DNA from: Rhabdothermincola salaria
Lineage (GTDB): Bacteria > Actinomycetota > Acidimicrobiia > Acidimicrobiales > Acidimicrobilacustridaceae
NCBI RefSeq assembly: GCF_021246445.1
Contig: NZ_JAJQXW010000004.1
Span: 1 to 64,000 of the forward strand
Reading direction: 5' to 3'
Length of the DNA stretch: 64,000 bases
Of this stretch, positions 29,434-38,855 are shown in pieces (the first letter of the stretch is position 1; the number at the start of each line of letters is the position of its first letter). Under the pieces are notes generated by a model. That model saw only the letters and a program-made list of their open reading frames with translations. It was not told where the DNA came from and ran no database searches. A program made the translations under genes and the position numbers.

Positions 29434-31556
29434 GTGGCAGCCGCGCCCAGCGCCTCGCGCTCGCGACGCTCACCGTGCTCGTCGTCGCCAGCACCATGTT
29501 CGGGGTCTCGCCATCTCCGGTGACAGCCGACGAGCATCCTCAGGACCTTCGATGGCTGGCCATGGGCGACTCCTACTCCTCGGGCGAAGGCACCGTGAAC
29601 GTGGCCCCCGACGGACCGGACAAGTGCCAACGAGCCGACGGCGTCGGTGGCGAACAGCCCCCGTCGAGGGCGTGGCCGATCGTGGCAAGTGACTCCCTCA
29701 CCGACGCATCGGTTACCGATCTGGTCCTCCGAGCCTGCACGGGGGCCACGACCGCCAACCTGTTCAACCCGGAGGTGCACTTCGGCCTCTTGAACCTCAC
29801 GACCACCACTCGAGAGCCGCAGTGGACGCCGGCGGATGGCCGCTTCGACCTCGTGACCCTCACGGCGGGCGGCAACGACATCGGCTTCGCCGACACCCTC
29901 GCCAAGTGCCTCGCAGGCGGGTTCACGGTGATCGGCGCCACCAGCGTGCTGCGCCGGGTTGCGCCGGTCGCCGACTTCCTCGCGCCTGGCATCGACAGCT
30001 GCCTCCTCCAGCCCGAGGAGACCCAGGCCGAGATCGTGCAGCTGGGCGACGACCTGCGACGCTACTTCGAGCACCTCGCTGACCAGGTAGTGCACCCAGG
30101 CGGCCTAGTTGTTGTCGCCGGCTACCCCAACCTGGTGAGCGAACCCGACGCCTGGAACCCACAGAAGGTCTTCGCAGGGCGCTGCGAGACCATCAGCCCG
30201 GGCGACGCCCGAACGCTGCGGGGGCTGGCCGGCACACTGAACGCCACGATCGGCCAGGCCGCGGCCGACGTGGACGGACGCAACGGCGTCACGTTCACCT
30301 TCATCGACCAGCACGCTGAGCTCTACGAGCACGACGGGGAGCACCACAGCCTTTGCGGCCGCGACGACCCTTGGCTCAACGGGTTGACCGCCGGCATCAC
30401 CAGCGGAGACCGACCACGCAAGGAACGCTCCTTCCACCCACACGACGTCGGCCACACCAGGCTCGGCGAGCTGGCCGCGACACACATCGACGACCACGAC
30501 TGGAGCAGCCTCGATCGCCGGAGCCCTGCGGAGCGAGCCGCTGCCGGGCGACCGGAACGAACCCAGGTGCTGTTCAGCGACTACGACCGCGCCACAGGTG
30601 GGAGCACGGTGTACGAGTTAGACGGCACGACCGTGGCCCGCATCCCTGATGTGGGTGACGTCACGGCGGGCGCGTGGAGCGACGACCGGCGATGGCTGGC
30701 GATGATGGGCCACGACCAGATCACCTTCAGGGACGCTCGAACGACAGACCAGCAGGCGCAGCCATGCCCCGCCTGCGACGGTGTGGCCTTCGCCGCCGAC
30801 GGAATCGCCTGGACGATCACCACCGACGGTGAGCTGCTCGGATTCGACCCGGCCCTACCGAACGACCCGCGTCGGGTGGCAACCGACCTGGCGACCCTTC
30901 GCCAACAGGACGTCTTCGACACGGTGGCGGTCCGCGGAGTTGCCGCCGACGGAGGCATCGTGGTGGTGGCGAACCTCGAGCCTCCGTCGGCCTACGGCGG
31001 CCCCCAGAGCATCTTGAAGTACCGCACCGACGGGTCGCTCGCGGCCCGGCACGACTCCCAGGCCAACATCGCCCTCCGACACCCCCGGATGAGCGCCGAT
31101 CGAGGTCAGATGTTCTTCGCATCCGGTGGACGCTCCGGATGTGCGTACCACTTTGAGGAGATCTACCGGCTCGACCTGGCGACGTGGCAGGTCTCGACCA
31201 TCGGCATCCCCGAGGAACCAGACAGCGTCCGTGTGGCCAACATCATCCCTGCAGGTTCGGAGCTCTGGGCCGTGGTGAGTCTCAACCGCAGCTCCGATGC
31301 GTGCGACGACTCCCTCGCCGACCACGAGCTCTGGCACCATGCGAACGGCACCTGGAGCCTGGTCGACCCTGGACCGATCGCCGACACTTGGCCCATGGCG
31401 GCCAACCAGAAGTGGGTGTCGATCCCCGAGGGCTACGAGCGCGCGACCTTCAGCGAGGTCGACGGACAGGGCACCCGGATCGCCGATGACGCTCGATTCA
31501 TCGCCGCGACGCCGGTGGACGATCCAGCGCAGGTCGCAGAGGCCCTGGGACCATGA
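29430..31556 (+). CDS. Secreted SGNH/GDSL lipase with beta-propeller-like C-terminus
   Basis: MGDSYSSGEG, ACTGA, GGND, GYP, SFHP. Confidence 0.88.
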   Translation: MSGSRAQRLALATLTVLVVASTMFGVSPSPVTADEHPQDLRWLAMGDSYSSGEGTVNVAPDGPDKCQRADGVGGEQPPSRAWPIVASDSLTDASVTDLVLRACTGATTANLFNPEVHFGLLNLTTTTREPQWTPADGRFDLVTLTAGGNDIGFADTLAKCLAGGFTVIGATSVLRRVAPVADFLAPGIDSCLLQPEETQAEIVQLGDDLRRYFEHLADQVVHPGGLVVVAGYPNLVSEPDAWNPQKVFAGRCETISPGDARTLRGLAGTLNATIGQAAADVDGRNGVTFTFIDQHAELYEHDGEHHSLCGRDDPWLNGLTAGITSGDRPRKERSFHPHDVGHTRLGELAATHIDDHDWSSLDRRSPAERAAAGRPERTQVLFSDYDRATGGSTVYELDGTTVARIPDVGDVTAGAWSDDRRWLAMMGHDQITFRDARTTDQQAQPCPACDGVAFAADGIAWTITTDGELLGFDPALPNDPRRVATDLATLRQQDVFDTVAVRGVAADGGIVVVANLEPPSAYGGPQSILKYRTDGSLAARHDSQANIALRHPRMSADRGQMFFASGGRSGCAYHFEEIYRLDLATWQVSTIGIPEEPDSVRVANIIPAGSELWAVVSLNRSSDACDDSLADHELWHHANGTWSLVDPGPIADTWPMAANQKWVSIPEGYERATFSEVDGQGTRIADDARFIAATPVDDPAQVAEALGP

Positions 31557-33673
31557 CGTCTGCTGATCCTGCGGCGCCCGGGCCGCAGTTCGACATCCTC
31601 ATCTCGGAGCTGGCCGAGGCCCGTGACGACGAGCGCTCGATGGTCACCCAGTACGTGGCTCTGGTGAGCATCGGGCTCGCGTTGGTCCTCGCCCTGGCCG
31701 TTCTCTTATTCCGAACCTGCCCGGCCGGGTACTGCGAGGATCCATTGGCCTCTGCGGTGCCGGGGAGTTCGTCGGTGGCGGTGGCCGGAGACGCAGCCGT
31801 ACAGGCGAGCAACCCTTCCACGGGTTCGGTCACCGCGCGCGGCCTCACCATCGTGCCGTCGTGGGTCTACTTTGCGGCGCCACTTCTGCCTGTGGCCCTT
31901 CTGTCCTTCGGAGCGCTGCTGTCGGCGGAGCAGACGCTGCGCTCGTACTACGTCCGTCGACTCGAGACGCAGCTGCACGACCTCTCCGGCCAGGCCGAGG
32001 ATGAACTGCCGCTTCCTTCGTGGGAGCACCTACAGCTCGAGGTGCACGGCCAACGCGACGGGTCCCGTCTTGCCCTGGCGAACTGGAGCCTGCTGTACGT
32101 GGTGTTGGTGGGGCTCTTGTTCGGCATCGTGCTCATGGCCACGATCAAGCTGCCGACATGGAGATTGCGGGGCGCCGGCCTGCTGGTCAACGTGGCGATC
32201 ACGCTCGTTCCGGTGCTGCTCGCGAATCGAGCCCGCAACGGCTATCGGTTGTGGCACGACGCGGAGGCGAAGCTCGGCGAACGCCTGGAGCGGACCCGAG
32301 CCGATTTTCCGGACCCTCGGTCCGCGCCTCCCGCGCGTGCTGATTCGAGCTCGTCCATCACTGGGGTGCCAGCCGAACCCGGCGATCCTGCTCCCGCCGA
32401 CAAGTCGATGGCCGCTGATCGACCCAAGGAAGTGAAGCAGCGCAGTTTCATCGGTTGGCTTCTCGTACCGAGAGCCGGCGAGGAACTGTTCGTGAAGCCG
32501 CTCATCGGTCCGATCCTCGCCGTTCTCACGACTCTGCTCGTCGCCGGGCAGTTCGACGATGAGTGGTTCTTGCGCCTCGCGACCGTGTTCCTCGTCTTCG
32601 AGTTCGGCGTGTACCAGGCGCGGTACCTGCTCAACGATGTCCGCGACCGCTACCAGGACCGGGCATTGGGAAAACGGCGGATGCCGCTCACTGGAGACGA
32701 CCAGATCGACAGAGTGCGGGTCGAGCAGGCCTTCCTCGCCTTCGTGGCCCGGCTCACCGGCGCCCTGGCGCTCGCTGTCCTTCTTCCACCCTCGGGTGGC
32801 CTCGGACTGCCGTTTCTGGTCCTCATCTCCGTGGGCGTGTTTGCGATCGCCGCGCCGTACGAGCGCCTGCGGAGCGCGATCGACACACAGCAGCCATCAC
32901 CGACCCTGGTGTGGCTCCTCACCGCCATGGTCGGCCTGGGCTACGGCCTTCGGACGCTGGCGGGACTCTGGGTCGTCGGCGGGCTCTCCCCTCTCAGCCT
33001 GGCGGTAGGGGCCATCACCGGCGCCGCGCTGGGAAGCCTCTTCGTCGCCCTGACCTGGGCCCTCGAGTCGACCGGTCGATCCAGTGCCGCGTGGCAAGAG
33101 TCCACCAACCACCGGCACTTCGCCATCTTCCGGACCTGGATCGAGACCCGTTGCACCACAGCGATCAACACCAAGACCGCAGTGCTCAAGTCCCGACAGG
33201 GGCTAATGGTGCCGTGGTCGATCTGGCTGCTCGTCGCCACGCCGTTCGCATCGGGATTCGTGCTGATCACCGCGGATGAGACGCCATCACCAGCGATCGT
33301 CGGAGCGGTGCTGCTCATCGCGTTCGGCGTCGGATGGGGCGGAGCCCTACCTCGAGTCGAGGTGTCTGGTCTCGTCGCGATCAGCGGATTGGCGCTCACG
33401 ACCGCGTGCCTCTGGTCGCTCGGACCTCGGACTGCGGTCCTGTCCGGGTTGATCCTGATCGGACCACTTGTGGTCTCTGTTGCGTTCAGGAGTCAGTCGT
33501 TCGACCAACTGCGAACGCCGCCCATCAAGCTTTCGTGGTTCGTCGTCGGCTGGAAGGTGATGCAGGCATGGTTCGCAACGACCCGTGACGGAGGGCAGAA
33601 GAGCGGGGACGAGGAGCCGTCGAGATCCGAGGGTGAACCGGATGCGGGCGCTCCAGTACCACCACACCACTGA
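31553..33673 (+). CDS. Polytopic membrane protein: 4-TM N-terminal module fused to a UbiA-like module
   Basis: Many TM segments; YLLNDVRDRYQDR..KRRMPL resembles the UbiA NDxxDxxxD motif. Confidence 0.6.
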   Translation: MTSADPAAPGPQFDILISELAEARDDERSMVTQYVALVSIGLALVLALAVLLFRTCPAGYCEDPLASAVPGSSSVAVAGDAAVQASNPSTGSVTARGLTIVPSWVYFAAPLLPVALLSFGALLSAEQTLRSYYVRRLETQLHDLSGQAEDELPLPSWEHLQLEVHGQRDGSRLALANWSLLYVVLVGLLFGIVLMATIKLPTWRLRGAGLLVNVAITLVPVLLANRARNGYRLWHDAEAKLGERLERTRADFPDPRSAPPARADSSSSITGVPAEPGDPAPADKSMAADRPKEVKQRSFIGWLLVPRAGEELFVKPLIGPILAVLTTLLVAGQFDDEWFLRLATVFLVFEFGVYQARYLLNDVRDRYQDRALGKRRMPLTGDDQIDRVRVEQAFLAFVARLTGALALAVLLPPSGGLGLPFLVLISVGVFAIAAPYERLRSAIDTQQPSPTLVWLLTAMVGLGYGLRTLAGLWVVGGLSPLSLAVGAITGAALGSLFVALTWALESTGRSSAAWQESTNHRHFAIFRTWIETRCTTAINTKTAVLKSRQGLMVPWSIWLLVATPFASGFVLITADETPSPAIVGAVLLIAFGVGWGGALPRVEVSGLVAISGLALTTACLWSLGPRTAVLSGLILIGPLVVSVAFRSQSFDQLRTPPIKLSWFVVGWKVMQAWFATTRDGGQKSGDEEPSRSEGEPDAGAPVPPHH

Positions 33674-34130
33674 TCTCGACACGGCGTTCCGCATGGCACG
33701 CGACCTGGGCGCGAGCGTCGTCGTCCTCGATGTCCACGGCACCGTGGCGTCCTTCGACGTCCAAGGGGTGTCTCTGCAGCACGCCGCCGCCGAAGCGATC
33801 GAGCTCGCTGGGACCTTGGGGCTCGCCGACATCGTCCTGCTCTCCAACGCTCGGCTCCCTTTCACCAGCCGAGACATCGGAGTGCCGGTCACTGAGCGGG
33901 CCAGGAAGCCCTGGAGGCGCCTACCGAGGCTCCGCCACCGTCGCGATGCCGTCGTCATCGGTGACCAGCTCATCACTGACGGGTTCCTCGCCTGGCGACT
34001 CGGCGCCCCGTTCGTCCATTGCACTCCGTATTCGAGGCAGGCTCCAGCGCTGCCCCGGGCTCAACACCTCATCGGAAGGTGCCTCAGGCGAACCCTGATG
34101 AGCGGCCACCAGAGTGACGGCGTCGAATGA
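33642..34130 (+). CDS. YqeG-like HAD IIIA phosphatase
   Basis: VVLDVHGT, LLSN, ARKP, IGDQLITDG. Confidence 0.8.
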   Translation: MRALQYHHTTDLDTAFRMARDLGASVVVLDVHGTVASFDVQGVSLQHAAAEAIELAGTLGLADIVLLSNARLPFTSRDIGVPVTERARKPWRRLPRLRHRRDAVVIGDQLITDGFLAWRLGAPFVHCTPYSRQAPALPRAQHLIGRCLRRTLMSGHQSDGVE

Positions 34131-34773
34131 TCGGCGTGAACTCGTCTGGGATGGACCCACGGGACGGTGACATCACTCGGACCGATGGCCGTCACAGGGG
34201 GTCGAGGAGCTCGTCCTTTCTGAGTGAACACAGAGGTGTTTGACTTCATCCCGAGAGAGCCGAAGGGGCCTGCCGCCGGGCGGTGCGAGCTGCTGCTCGG
34301 CCCTCGCCTCGACGGAGACCACCGCCAGCACCTGGTCGAGCGCGACCAGGCCCGTCGAGAGCGGCAGGAGCTCGTCCAGCACCTCGGCACCTGGCTCCGC
34401 AGGAGTGTCCAGGCGCTCCTCCAGGAGATCCAGGATGCGATCGAGGCCGTGCTTGATCGGTAGCGCCCGCGCGGCACCGCGCCAGGTCTCGCTGATCAAA
34501 TGGGGCTGTCTGGTCACACCCCTTTCCTAGGACGAACCCGCGCGCGGCCGAGCCCCTCCAATCGCGCGGACAGATCCAGGGTGCGCGCATGCGATCCGGC
34601 AACCGAGCGCCCACTCCGTGTTGGATTTTGAACGGCCGAGATCCAGCTGGAAACAGGCCCTGGAAGCGCCAGACGGTGATCTGCCCGAAAGCCCTTACCA
34701 ACCCTGAACCGACCTGTCATCGTCAGCGGTGCTGCATCTGAGACGCACGGCGAGACCTTCTCGTCGAGCGTGA

Positions 34774-34824
34774 GCCCAGGAGGCCCAGGAGGCCCAGGAG
34801 GCCCAGGAGGCCCAGGAGGCCCAG
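34774..34824 (+). repeat. 9-bp tandem repeat (GCCCAGGAG) x5.7
   Basis: Perfect units ending directly at the ATG at 34825. Confidence 0.9.
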
Positions 34825-35160
34825 ATGCACGATCCCCACACCACCCCCACCGACCGGGTGCGCCGCGCGCGGGAGCTCGCCGTCAGCGCGGCCACTCTCG
34901 ACGTCCAGACCCGGCTGCTGCTCGCAGCTGCCGAGGCAGCCGACGCCACCGTCACGACCGAGTTGCGCGCCCGAGTCGCCTGCGCCATAGCGGACAAGGC
35001 CCAGCACGACATCGCCGCCGCGTCTTCGGTGCGCGAGATGCACACCGCCGTTTGCGACGCTCTAGCGTCCGACGACCTCGCGGGTATCGTGCCCGGCGGC
35101 GCAGTCGTCCGGTTGGTATGGCGTCTCGTCTTTGACCTCTGGGGAGGACCCGAGCGGTGA
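34825..35160 (+). CDS. Hypothetical helical protein
   Basis: 111-aa Ala-rich ORF with plausible codon use. Confidence 0.45.
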   Translation: MHDPHTTPTDRVRRARELAVSAATLDVQTRLLLAAAEAADATVTTELRARVACAIADKAQHDIAAASSVREMHTAVCDALASDDLAGIVPGGAVVRLVWRLVFDLWGGPER

Positions 35161-35295
35161 TCGGGTTCGGGGGGGGTGGCGCCGCCTACTGGCGTCATCC
35201 CACTCGACGAGTTCGTGGGCCTCGGTCGCGCGGGGACTCGCCGCCAATGCTGTGGGGCCACGACCGGTTTGAGAACCACGCGGCCGGACGCTCGC

Positions 35296-35400
35296 CGGAC
35301 CTCGACGACCTCAATCCCACCGAGGTCGAGGCCGCCTACTACCGCGACCTATCTCAGCCCATCGCGATATGAGACAACCCCCCGACGAGGCTCCGGAGAC
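35296..35400 (+). mobile_element. IS3-family transposase 3' remnant
   Basis: DLDDLNPTEVEAAYY resembles the IS3 OrfB C-terminal P.E.E..YY tail. Confidence 0.4.
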
Positions 35401-35585
35401 GTAGACCGAATCACGCGGCCACACCCACCCCAGCATCGGAGCGACTATGAGCCGTCCGTCGAATGCAGCGGGCTGTCGGCGCGACGGCGGTGGCGATGAT
35501 CGAGATCTCCCACGCCAGGACGCTGGAGGACCTGGATGAGGGCCGAAGCGATGCGATTGACGAGCGCTCACTGGAGATCACGGGC

Positions 35586-38500
35586 TCAGATCAGGTCGTT
35601 GGCGTCGGCCGCCAAGCCAGGGTCTTCAGCATGGACCTCGTCTGGTCGTGGCGCTGGTTGCGGGGCCGCGGCTTCGACTACGCAGCCACCCGTGCGGAAC
35701 GGTGCCAAGAACCTGATCGGCTCAGCGGCTTCCCAACCGGTGAGCGTCTTATCCACGATCGATAGGGACTTGAACGCTGCGCTATCGCCCCCGTGGTCCC
35801 GTGCGATGGTGCCCAGCCCTGCTTCGGCAACCTCGTTCAAGAAGGTTTGCGGGTCCTTCAGCGACAACTCCGACTCCGACCCTGAGCGCAGCCGGAGGGG
35901 CGGGGGAGTGGCGCCATCGGTCAGCTCCCCGATCTCGGTGAGCCATCGGCGGAGGGCGTCGACAGGCACGGCAAAGCTCAGATAGTCGGCCGCTCGTTGG
36001 TCGTCGTCGGCCTCGGCCCCACCTTGATGAATCCCGATGACTACGCCCGAGGAGTCGAAGACCGGCGAGCCACTCGCCCCACCGGTAGCGGCGTAGGAGG
36101 TCTGCACCACCTCCATCTGACCTGCTCCGTAGGTCACGAACCGGCGGGCCGCGGTGACCTCACCCGACGAGAACGTTGGATCTCCATCGAGCAACTTCGG
36201 GAACCCGAGGGTGAACACTCGGGTTCCGATCGAGAGATCAGACGACGTCCCCAGGCGAACGACTGGGAGATCGATCGACGAGTCGACCTCGATCAGTGCC
36301 AAGTCAGTGTCACTCGCTACCGCATGCACCCGCCCTGGAACCCACTCCCCGCCATCGGTCGCGACTTCGACCTTCGCGGCCTTCTCGACGACGTGAGCGT
36401 TGGTGACGACGAGGCCAGTCCCCCGCAGCACGAAGCCAGTCGCGCCGCCACCTCCGCCGTCCTCACTCTCAACCCGGATACGGAGGACGGTTGGACGGAG
36501 GGTGTCGGCCACCACCGCGAGGTCTGTCGAATCGGCGAGCCATGCCCCCACTGGTGCCAGCCAGTGCTCGCTTCCTTCTGCCACCAGTGCCACTCCATCG
36601 ATCACCTTGGTGAGCGGACGATTCGACAGCTGCTCGAGGAGCGCTGGCGACATCGGGTTGTCAGTGAGACGCCGACCAGTTCCCTTCCGCGCCTCGGTGA
36701 CAAGGTGGCGCCGAAGCGAGGCCGCACCCCGCGTGTTGTCCGCGAAACCGGTCGGCCGGGCCTGTTCGCTATCAAGGCCTCGCTTCTCCTGCCAGTCCTT
36801 GACCACAGCCTCTCGGACTGTCTCGTAGTAGGTCTTCAACCAGGAAACAAGGAAGAGCCTGGCCCTCGACGCCTGACAGATCGTGTCGAACGTGGTGAGG
36901 CCGACGTCCCCCAAGCCGGCTCCGAATGCGGCAGGAACGGACTCGGGGTCGAGTGCGTCGGCCATGTCAAGGTCTTCGCCTTCGCGTCCGACGAACGGGC
37001 GATGGAGGTACCAACCGGTGATCTCGGCCCAATCGAGGTACTCGGCGTAGCGCCATCCGAGGCGCTCGAAGTCCGCTTCTCGGACGAGGGCGAGGAACAG
37101 TTGGTGCAGGAGCTGTTCCGATCGCTCAGCGGCACCATCCTCCAGTGACTTGATTCGCCCACTGGTGCGCTGCCAGCCACGTCCCAGCAGGTAGAGCCAC
37201 ACGAGCCACACGACCGGGGGACCGGCGAGCTGCACCCACACCGGGAGGTCGCTGAGAACGAGAGCGAAGCTGCCCACGATGGCCAAGACGGTACGGACGA
37301 ACAGCCAGGCGAAGTACCGGCGCCGGAGCTTACCGGTCTTCTCCTCGACTTCAGCAGCCAGTTCCTCGAGGTTATCCCAGTCCTCGGTCGACGGCCGGAC
37401 CTGCTCGAGCTCAGCCTGGTTGAGCGCTTGGGCGATCCCCACCCCGATGCGCCACAGCAGCGAACGCGAGCGCGGCTCGTACCAGGCCGCCATGGCGGGA
37501 CTCCCCTGCTCGTCGTCGTCCGGGCCTGGCCCGGCGAAGAAGGCAGACGACACGAGCGGATCGAGTCGCTTGGGGTCACAGGAGCGGACCCCGGCGCGGT
37601 CCCGCGTACCGGGCGGCCGGTCCTCGGGATCCGGGACGATCAATCTCGGGTCTGTCTCGAGCAACCGCCTCTGACCGGACACGAGAAACGGCAGCTCCAA
37701 CGACGTTGGGAGCGCGGTGCCATCGACAAGACCGATCGACATGCGCCACATGTCTTCCCAGGTCGGACCGACTGCACCCGGCTCCACCTTGAGCCTGCGA
37801 GCAGCTAGCTCATCGAGCAAGGCGCGGGGAGCTTCGCCGGCTTCGCGTTCCCTCCACCGCCTGACCGTGACGTCGGCCCCCATGCCTTCGACACGCTCGG
37901 CGACGGTGTTGTAGAGGTTGCCGATGCGATCGTCGAGCCACCGCGCCGGTAGTCGCCGCAACCGGTCCACCATGAATCGGAAGACCGCCTTGATCGCTTC
38001 CCAGAGGCTGAGTTTCGATCGTTTGTGAACCAGCGGTTGTACCTCGGTGAGGCCCAGCGTCGGAGCGTGGACCCGCAGGAACTCACTTGCGACGGCTTGG
38101 TTCTGGTCGTCCTCGAGGTCGACATCGTCGAACTCGTTGACCTCGGGGTTGGGCCACCGCACCCCGGGACGGAGTACCTGCGCAGCGACGTGATCCGCGA
38201 GATAGCCCGCATCGATCAGACGGGTGTAGCAGCGAACGAGGTTGATCGCCCCGGCAGGGGCAGCGCCAGCGGCTCGCGCCTTTGCGACGTAGTTCGCCTC
38301 CACGCCAGAGGTGAACGACCAGGCATCGGCGAGCGCGACAACGGCATGTGCGGCATGTTGTGCCAGGTGGGTGTCGGAAGGGTCGATGAGGGTGTTCACT
38401 CCTGCCGGGTGAGCACGGTCTTCAGCCGCCACCACGATCCACGGATCGAATGTTGGGAGCAGCAGGTCTGGGCTGCAGGCGCGGCCCGGCTCGTCCGGGA

Positions 38501-38837
38501 TTGCTACGAGCGCAGACGACTCCCACGCGTCGGCTCCGATCGCCCGCTCCAGCAGCGATGAAGCGAGGTCGTATGCCGCGATGACTCGGTCAGGATTCTC
38601 GACCTCTGACCCGATCGCAACCGTGACCTGCACGATCGACTCCAGATCCACACCACGGAGGGCGTCGATAGCCGACACCTCAGCGGCGTCGCCGTGCGTG
38701 ATGGCGCGGGATGTGAGTGCCTCGTCGTCGTTCGGGGTCAGTAGCAGAACAGGGGCAAGGAGCTGCGACGCGCTCCACGCTCGTAGCGGCCCTGCGAGCG
38801 CGGCCCCGCTCTGCTCCGTTGCGATGATCACCAACAC
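35586..38837 (-). CDS. Large 2-TM protein with C-terminal trypsin-like serine protease
   Basis: TGFVL, TNAHVV, DLALI, GASGSPVF give an intact His/Asp/Ser triad; two TM helices mid-protein. Confidence 0.88.
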   Translation of the reverse strand: MLVIIATEQSGAALAGPLRAWSASQLLAPVLLLTPNDDEALTSRAITHGDAAEVSAIDALRGVDLESIVQVTVAIGSEVENPDRVIAAYDLASSLLERAIGADAWESSALVAIPDEPGRACSPDLLLPTFDPWIVVAAEDRAHPAGVNTLIDPSDTHLAQHAAHAVVALADAWSFTSGVEANYVAKARAAGAAPAGAINLVRCYTRLIDAGYLADHVAAQVLRPGVRWPNPEVNEFDDVDLEDDQNQAVASEFLRVHAPTLGLTEVQPLVHKRSKLSLWEAIKAVFRFMVDRLRRLPARWLDDRIGNLYNTVAERVEGMGADVTVRRWREREAGEAPRALLDELAARRLKVEPGAVGPTWEDMWRMSIGLVDGTALPTSLELPFLVSGQRRLLETDPRLIVPDPEDRPPGTRDRAGVRSCDPKRLDPLVSSAFFAGPGPDDDEQGSPAMAAWYEPRSRSLLWRIGVGIAQALNQAELEQVRPSTEDWDNLEELAAEVEEKTGKLRRRYFAWLFVRTVLAIVGSFALVLSDLPVWVQLAGPPVVWLVWLYLLGRGWQRTSGRIKSLEDGAAERSEQLLHQLFLALVREADFERLGWRYAEYLDWAEITGWYLHRPFVGREGEDLDMADALDPESVPAAFGAGLGDVGLTTFDTICQASRARLFLVSWLKTYYETVREAVVKDWQEKRGLDSEQARPTGFADNTRGAASLRRHLVTEARKGTGRRLTDNPMSPALLEQLSNRPLTKVIDGVALVAEGSEHWLAPVGAWLADSTDLAVVADTLRPTVLRIRVESEDGGGGGATGFVLRGTGLVVTNAHVVEKAAKVEVATDGGEWVPGRVHAVASDTDLALIEVDSSIDLPVVRLGTSSDLSIGTRVFTLGFPKLLDGDPTFSSGEVTAARRFVTYGAGQMEVVQTSYAATGGASGSPVFDSSGVVIGIHQGGAEADDDQRAADYLSFAVPVDALRRWLTEIGELTDGATPPPLRLRSGSESELSLKDPQTFLNEVAEAGLGTIARDHGGDSAAFKSLSIVDKTLTGWEAAEPIRFLAPFRTGGCVVEAAAPQPAPRPDEVHAEDPGLAADANDLI

Positions 38838-38855
38838 TCGTCAGCCCGCCCTTGC

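Noticed and set aside
34224..34463. 79-aa ORF with a helical acidic tail
   Set aside because: Could be a gene fragment, but no RBS or family was recognisable.
34512..34533. GGTCAC-N10-TAGGAC as another PafBC-type promoter
   Set aside because: Mismatches at both conserved terminal T positions and no adjacent gene start; at most a decayed copy.
34598..34640. GGCAACC as a fifth SAM aptamer
   Set aside because: No matching GGUGC strand, P1 or pseudoknot pairing.
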